Below, piece after piece: positions 59,901 through 64,000 of a stretch of 64,000 nt of DNA. The position numbers and the translations under genes are program-made. The DNA comes from a virus: IMG/VR virus record IMGVR_UViG_3300020045_001434, positions 1 through 64,000 of that record; one strand, given 5' to 3'. Below the pieces are notes generated by a model. The model had not been told where the DNA came from. It saw nothing but the letters and a program-made list of their open reading frames with translations, and searched no databases. Every line of letters starts with the position of its first letter. The first letter of the stretch is position 1.

Positions 59901-60862
59901 TTTATAACATTAGATTTTATATTAGCTCTATATAATCGATTATTCATTACATTGAATGATTCACTATTAGAATAAAATATAGATTTAATTAATGTTTCAT
60001 CTAATGAGCCTACAGATAATATATTTGTATTACTAAGTTTATAATTATTTATATTTGTAGATATATCTTTAGAAGTATATACTTTAAATGAAGTTCCATT
60101 ATTATAAATTATGCCTATTCTAAAAAATATATAATTTAAATCTAGATTATCAAAAGTGTATAATATACCATTAGTAGTAATAGTATTTGGAGAAGAACCA
60201 TCATTACCATCATAAGTCATTACACCATCGTATATATAATTAGGTAATGAAAGTAAACTATAATTAGTATATTCATTACCTATTTTATAAGACACTGCTA
60301 TTTGATAACTACCAGCTAAAAGACTACCTTTTATAATACTAGAACCTATTTTAGGAAATGATATAGTAGGATTTAAATCTATTTGATAATAGTCTACATT
60401 ATTTAATGTATATATACTATTAATATAAACATAATCTTTTATATTAATAATTTTATCATCCCATGAACCATCAACACCACAACCAAATATAATAATTAAA
60501 TCTCCATTTTGATTATAACTAGTCGTACCTCTAATAGGTTCATTAACTGAGAAAGTAATCTGAGGAATAATTATTGTATTTACTAATCTTTCAAAAGGTT
60601 CAGTTTTAAAATTAGTATCTATTACTTTTATACAAGGAGTTAGTACTTCGTTATATAGATTTTTACAGAATATAATAATACCTTTATCATAATTTATAAC
60701 TCCTACAACAGTACTTAAGTCTATATCACAAGATAACATTCCTGCTTCATTCATAGGAAATCTAAAAGTGTTATCTAAAACAACATTTTCAGCATATCTT
60801 AAATCTCCTGTTTGTGTAGCAGATGGAACAGCATCTAAATTAAGTCCATTAGTTAGTTTCAT
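56951..60862 (-). CDS. tail muzzle / stabilisation protein (P22 gp10-like)
   Basis: MKLTNGLNLD..P....GDLRYAENV; GSLLAGSYQIAVSY; NNRLYRANI; FQSNEVYA; TLSYVP...NWYSFH; 1303 aa, beta-rich. Confidence 0.8.
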   Translation of the reverse strand: MKLTNGLNLDAVPSATQTGDLRYAENVVLDNTFRFPMNEAGMLSCDIDLSTVVGVINYDKGIIIFCKNLYNEVLTPCIKVIDTNFKTEPFERLVNTIIIPQITFSVNEPIRGTTSYNQNGDLIIIFGCGVDGSWDDKIINIKDYVYINSIYTLNNVDYYQIDLNPTISFPKIGSSIIKGSLLAGSYQIAVSYKIGNEYTNYSLLSLPNYIYDGVMTYDGNDGSSPNTITTNGILYTFDNLDLNYIFFRIGIIYNNGTSFKVYTSKDISTNINNYKLSNTNILSVGSLDETLIKSIFYSNSESFNVMNNRLYRANIKSNVINQFDTIAKNIANNLSLKLVTTNLNFTTPANTDYINSKDIYSKQFIKFQSNEVYALYFTIGDKKGNVIGSYPINTNNLSGGLTKVSSTVTAITCKVTSDNAYLNHIFTLNKIVSVDTTISYTETTYSIMSNNSVVITVRNLTAIVLANTSYVYKLISSPESGGTYSRGSAKVVVNSITPSTDGTATILDYAYLIPDENSAVADDTHINYTINDIEVELPSNIIALLGSMYNNIGFWCIHRAERNNSNSKIYTQGLATAGSLQKTIEAGVVDELSKYWFCNPYVYWDDQQYSEYSYFNHGLLKTDKYPVRFYSFEDLFNRNSNFPTNTKIEVISRYYASYLQGIYKGGSYSTTRGSSIWVSYNTTIDEKKYIANSNISEQQLLEDNNIAIHNFYQESARELKLEDNSTNFTVAKNGVVNTDNAKRIFRCNVYNPTTDYYSNIYEETLILCTSINRIVDTIIIVKGDTFYSDFYLRFKRLVPNTPNSIAKLPVFDTSKLFDEPYLDTIKTEYNIRFLVESKYNIHARYWKGTYPKYDNPIKTSEQEGYNKVYHLQNNENLVTPVDIVNDLERKKASNKYNSRIVKSIISNSESNQLGFRKYLALDYYDMPYNRGAIRNIESTYKNMYIQQELGLAIASVKDVINYQEGTTYVGSGELFDRQPVEVIPTKYGFIGCESHFNCGINDKGFWTIDNVQGIISLVTDNDVKLISEGKNKNWFKEHLKGNNPFIGDGCFITYDIDTKRLILSIGQDYTLSYVPEIENWYSFHFYKYYYGLYTRNRTYFLVLRNTVLRLFKYDKSVSGEYSDLKHTQNNIINQMILSFYYNEEPGINKLWESIYWNTKCLINNFDIYDKSFTKLFVHNDTQCTDEMSIFLNDNFYDTSGGVYKEEMWIFNKLDDYVVNNHKPFLDGFVNFLVGDLDNNISHNKEWFDISKIMSTFVCVTLFFDNLYYSKDGKQKSVIDLGDTTYKPRLMLQDLYIKYKPDNR

Positions 60863-60864
60863 AA

Positions 60865-61686
60865 TTATATAATACTATTACCGATTAATAATTTAAGAGC
60901 ATCTTTAGCAGCAGGAGTCATAGCATTACAACTATTTCTAGCAGATATTTTACTACGTTCATAACGCATTGCAGGATTAATAAATTCATTATTAGTTTGA
61001 AGAGATAATATAGGATGTTTATAACCTCTCATTAAAATATTTCTTAAACAATATTGAGATATAGATTCAATAAGATATTCATCATCAGGTATAATAGGAA
61101 ATATACAATCTAATGTTTCTTCATATTCATAAGGTAAACATCCTGCTAATAATTCACAAAATCCTTGGTCAATATTAGTTTGTAACCAACCATTACAAAT
61201 TTTATATATATAATTTACATCAGGGTCTATCCAAGTTCTAATATTTTCAGTAGTACCAGTCATTATTAAATCACCATTAGAATCTTTATATTCTACAATA
61301 GTATTTGGTATAGCTGCTTCAATAGTAGAACCTTCTTCAACAATATATCTATCTGCTATAAATTCTTCACCAAAATCTATAACTGAATGATTATATGCTC
61401 CTATATTAGATATTTTATCTTTATTAATATCGCTAAAATCTATAGTAGCTAATATACCATTAATCTTTACACCATATACTTTATCTACATAAGATGGTAT
61501 AGCACATCTGCCATTATTAAAATCAATTAAAATATTTTCAAGTTTATATACTTGTTTAATACCTAATTCTCTAAGACAACTATATATCCATGTAGATACT
61601 TTAGTAACAAAATCATCAGATTGAATATTATAATTACTATATATTCTTTCCACAATAATCTTAGAAGATACAAATTTGTTTATCAT
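60865..61686 (-). CDS. tail ring (tubular) protein
   Basis: FVSSKIIVERIY..Y; YKICNGWLQTN; FPIIPDDEYLIESISQY; crAss-like synteny. Confidence 0.7.
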   Translation of the reverse strand: MINKFVSSKIIVERIYSNYNIQSDDFVTKVSTWIYSCLRELGIKQVYKLENILIDFNNGRCAIPSYVDKVYGVKINGILATIDFSDINKDKISNIGAYNHSVIDFGEEFIADRYIVEEGSTIEAAIPNTIVEYKDSNGDLIMTGTTENIRTWIDPDVNYIYKICNGWLQTNIDQGFCELLAGCLPYEYEETLDCIFPIIPDDEYLIESISQYCLRNILMRGYKHPILSLQTNNEFINPAMRYERSKISARNSCNAMTPAAKDALKLLIGNSII

Positions 61687-61690
61687 GATA

Positions 61691-62524
61691 TTATTTTTTA
61701 GGTTTTAATATATTTACATAAGGATACATTGTTTTAGAATAATCTTCATGATATCTATATATGTGAATAATTTTATCAAATAGACCTGTTTTAGTATTAT
61801 TTAGAAGTTCTGATATAGTATATATTTTAGTTAGTATTTTTCCGTAGATATTACCAAATGTACAAGGTACTAATCTATAAGGCGATTTATTGTGCAGTTT
61901 GGAGCTATGCTTTGACCACCTTAGCAATATAAAATCATCTCTATCTAAACCATTGTCTATAAGCCAAGCCTTGCCTAGAGGGTTGTTTCCGTCCTTTATT
62001 TGCTGTCCATTATCTATCAAATTCTGTTTAAACTTGATAGATTGCCCCCAATCAGGAATACTACTATCATAAGGAACTCTACCAATATAAACATTACCAA
62101 GTCTAGGATATTGAAAAGATTCTCCTTGTAATAAAAGTCTAGTTATTTCAAAATTAGTAGAATATAATACTACTTTAAAAATTACATAAGGTATCTTTTG
62201 ATAGAATACATAACTATTTAATTTTATAGTAAGTTTATTTATAATATCTATTCTACTTAATAAATCATTATAATTACTAATAAACAATTGTTCATTAATA
62301 TCTATGTTTATAAGTTCGATAGAAGTACCTTTAATTTTTAAATTAATTATATCATAAAGATTAATATTATATTTAATTAAATAATTATAATCTTTATCTA
62401 ATGTATAATAACTATTATATACTTGAGATAATAGTATATGAATTTCTTTAGTAAGATTACTTATTTGATTACTACATAAACTTATAAATTCTTTATGATA
62501 ATCATGAGTATTAAAATCTACCAT
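61691..62524 (-). CDS. crAss-like IHF/HU-related protein
   Basis: LLQGESFQYPRLGNVYI, PDWGQS, LRWSK, YRLVP; located between ring genes. Confidence 0.55.
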   Translation of the reverse strand: MVDFNTHDYHKEFISLCSNQISNLTKEIHILLSQVYNSYYTLDKDYNYLIKYNINLYDIINLKIKGTSIELINIDINEQLFISNYNDLLSRIDIINKLTIKLNSYVFYQKIPYVIFKVVLYSTNFEITRLLLQGESFQYPRLGNVYIGRVPYDSSIPDWGQSIKFKQNLIDNGQQIKDGNNPLGKAWLIDNGLDRDDFILLRWSKHSSKLHNKSPYRLVPCTFGNIYGKILTKIYTISELLNNTKTGLFDKIIHIYRYHEDYSKTMYPYVNILKPKK

Positions 62525-62527
62525 AAT

Positions 62528-64000
62528 TTATTCTTTTGTAACTTCTATATCTTTAGGTAATATACCAAATTCAACTTTTAATAATTCAGCTATAATAAAA
62601 TTCAACATCTCATTAGGAAATGGAAGTTCTAAATCTTGATTATCACTAATACCATAATAACCAATAACTTCTTCGGGATTTTCCCATATTCCTTCAACTT
62701 CTATTTCATCAATAATTTCAGTAGAATAAATATTATCATAATTCATTATACGCTTAACTGTTATAGTATTATTATCATAAGTGTATAATCTAGAACACCT
62801 AGTAGGAGCGAGGGTATAGGACATTCGGAACATAACTTTAGAACAATAACTAAATAGTTTACTAGTATTAGCTATACTAACTTTAGTAAATGGGCTATCA
62901 TTCTTAATATTCATTGGTGTAGGAATCTTTGTTGTACTAACAAAATCTACATAACGTTTATATAATGGATGTGTAACACTTGGTAATAAATTACTATTAA
63001 CCTGCCTTTTATTTTTTAAAATATTACCTATATTATTAGTTGTAATATCTGAATATGTAGTAATTAAATAATTAATCAATTGATTAAATTCAGTATATGA
63101 TGGAATACTCCATCCATCATTAATATCAATTAACTTATTTGAATTATTTATAGCATACCAATTATATAATCTACCATATGCGTTAATCATTAATTCTTCT
63201 GTAGTTAGTTCATCTATAGGTATAAATGATAAATCACTTTTGTTATAAACAGCACATGCTCCATCTACATCTATATTCCAATTTTCATTACTTAAATTTG
63301 TTGGTATTAATACACCATTTGTATAATGTGTTGTTTTTAAATTTGAAGTAGTCCAAACTTGAGAACCTATTTTTGTACCTGAATAAATATTTCCATCATA
63401 ATCAGTATAAGCATTCGAAATAATAGTTCCATCATTTAATAAATCTTCATTAAAAGTAGTTTCTCGTACTAATCTAATAGAATATCCAAAATTCTTTACT
63501 GTAGGATAATTTATTAATATAGAAGTATAATTATATAAAACAAATACAGTAGATGACGTGTCTATATTATCATTATTAGTATATAAATAAGAATAAAATC
63601 CTAAATTATTATATTCTCCCGAAGGATTTCTAGCCCCTGATGGTATAGCACTAAAATTAAATCTATCAACACCATATATAATAGGATTAATACTATCATT
63701 CCATCTAGGATGAGTATTTGTGTTAGACGGTATTGTATTATATTTAGAATCATTAACTCCTTTTATCCATCGTCCATTTTCAATATGTCCCCATATATTA
63801 TAAAGTTCATTTACAATAGCAGTTTCTTCAACTGGTGTTAATGTTATAAGTAATGGTATTTTATAATATCCTTGAATACCATTTTTATCTATACTTTGAA
63901 TTATGTATTTAGCAAAGTAATCTTTAATCATTTCTTTGATTCGTTCTTTCATAGAATGATTATCAGGTTGCCCAACAATGTGAGCAACCCGACTAGCATA
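62528..64000 (-). CDS. tail ring protein with inserted, circularly permuted FISUMP (Fib_succ_major) domain; true start lies beyond the window
   Basis: Frame stays open to 64000 (YASRVAHIVGQPDNHS-MKERIK); C-terminal IEVEGIWENPEEV...LPFPNEM ring-type motif; FISUMP motifs between about 62993 and 63715. Confidence 0.72.
   Translation of the reverse strand, partial: YASRVAHIVGQPDNHSMKERIKEMIKDYFAKYIIQSIDKNGIQGYYKIPLLITLTPVEETAIVNELYNIWGHIENGRWIKGVNDSKYNTIPSNTNTHPRWNDSINPIIYGVDRFNFSAIPSGARNPSGEYNNLGFYSYLYTNNDNIDTSSTVFVLYNYTSILINYPTVKNFGYSIRLVRETTFNEDLLNDGTIISNAYTDYDGNIYSGTKIGSQVWTTSNLKTTHYTNGVLIPTNLSNENWNIDVDGACAVYNKSDLSFIPIDELTTEELMINAYGRLYNWYAINNSNKLIDINDGWSIPSYTEFNQLINYLITTYSDITTNNIGNILKNKRQVNSNLLPSVTHPLYKRYVDFVSTTKIPTPMNIKNDSPFTKVSIANTSKLFSYCSKVMFRMSYTLAPTRCSRLYTYDNNTITVKRIMNYDNIYSTEIIDEIEVEGIWENPEEVIGYYGISDNQDLELPFPNEMLNFIIAELLKVEFGILPKDIEVTKE
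62798..62831 (+). repeat. dispersed 34-bp motif, copy 7
   Basis: CCTAGTAGGAGCGAGGGTATAGGACATTCGGAAC; coding, antisense (FRMSYTLAPTR). Confidence 0.88.

Noticed and set aside
28968-62072. Short ORFs nested in the virion genes (28968, 30390, 31107, 33241, 33977, 36172, 37537, 46101, 48012, 49196, 50340, 61890)
   Set aside because: Antisense or alternate-frame shadows of the long genes, with no recognisable motifs.
6798-62831. 34-bp motif as a CRISPR repeat, loxP/FRT-like site or MITE
   Set aside because: Copies are kilobases apart with no array, have no palindromic arms or visible target-site duplications, and do not disrupt reading frames. No cas, integrase or transposase gene is in the window.
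63966-63989. GGTTGC...GCAACC hairpin as a terminator upstream of the 474-aa ORF
   Set aside because: It lies in the open upstream extension of the same reading frame, so it is coding sequence.
1-64000. Stop-codon reassignment (TAG/TGA), known in some crAss-like phages
   Set aside because: Genes up to 15 kb are uninterrupted in the standard code. TGA ends many genes in ATGA overlaps, and TAG ends 3692..4291.
62528-64000. Diversity-generating retroelement targeting the FISUMP domain
   Set aside because: No reverse transcriptase or TR/VR repeat pair is visible in this window; it cannot be excluded elsewhere in the genome.
1-64000. tRNA or rRNA genes
   Set aside because: No cloverleaf or T-arm (GTTCRA) pattern seen in the few intergenic gaps; tRNAscan-SE was not run.

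Overview
This is a 64-kb segment of a very AT-rich, crAss-like (Crassvirales-type) phage genome, probably infecting Bacteroidota: TAnnTTTG promoters, no obvious Shine-Dalgarno sites, an OMP beta-barrel and a FISUMP domain. It reads in the standard genetic code. Two modules converge at ~28.65-28.96 kb. The + strand (1-28.6 kb) carries small accessory ORFs and replication/nucleotide genes: Dda-like helicase, degenerate UDG, PolB, SF2 helicase, RecT-like protein, SSB-like proteins, primase, ATP-dependent ligase, DUF932, ThyX, MazG-like protein, dNMP kinase, GHKL ATPase, Gp157, KTSC, DHH and HAD. The - strand (29-64 kb) carries virion genes: a 4956-aa virion RNA polymerase polyprotein, three cargo proteins, muzzle/stabilisation, ring and IHF-like proteins. 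The most striking unexplained signal is a non-palindromic, GC-rich 34-bp motif (CCTAGTAGGAGCGAGGGT-NNAK-GANATTCGTTGC). It occurs 7 times in both orientations, in intergenic DNA and inside genes in three different reading frames. Other notable items: recurrent ~150-250-bp patches of anomalous G/C-ending codons; an HTH + Gly-zipper/CCC coiled-coil cassette with its own promoter and terminator; a candidate ~270-nt ncRNA at the module junction; a circularly permuted FISUMP domain inserted in a ring protein; and a hidden 14-aa basic peptide. All functional calls come from motif recognition by eye; no database searches were run.
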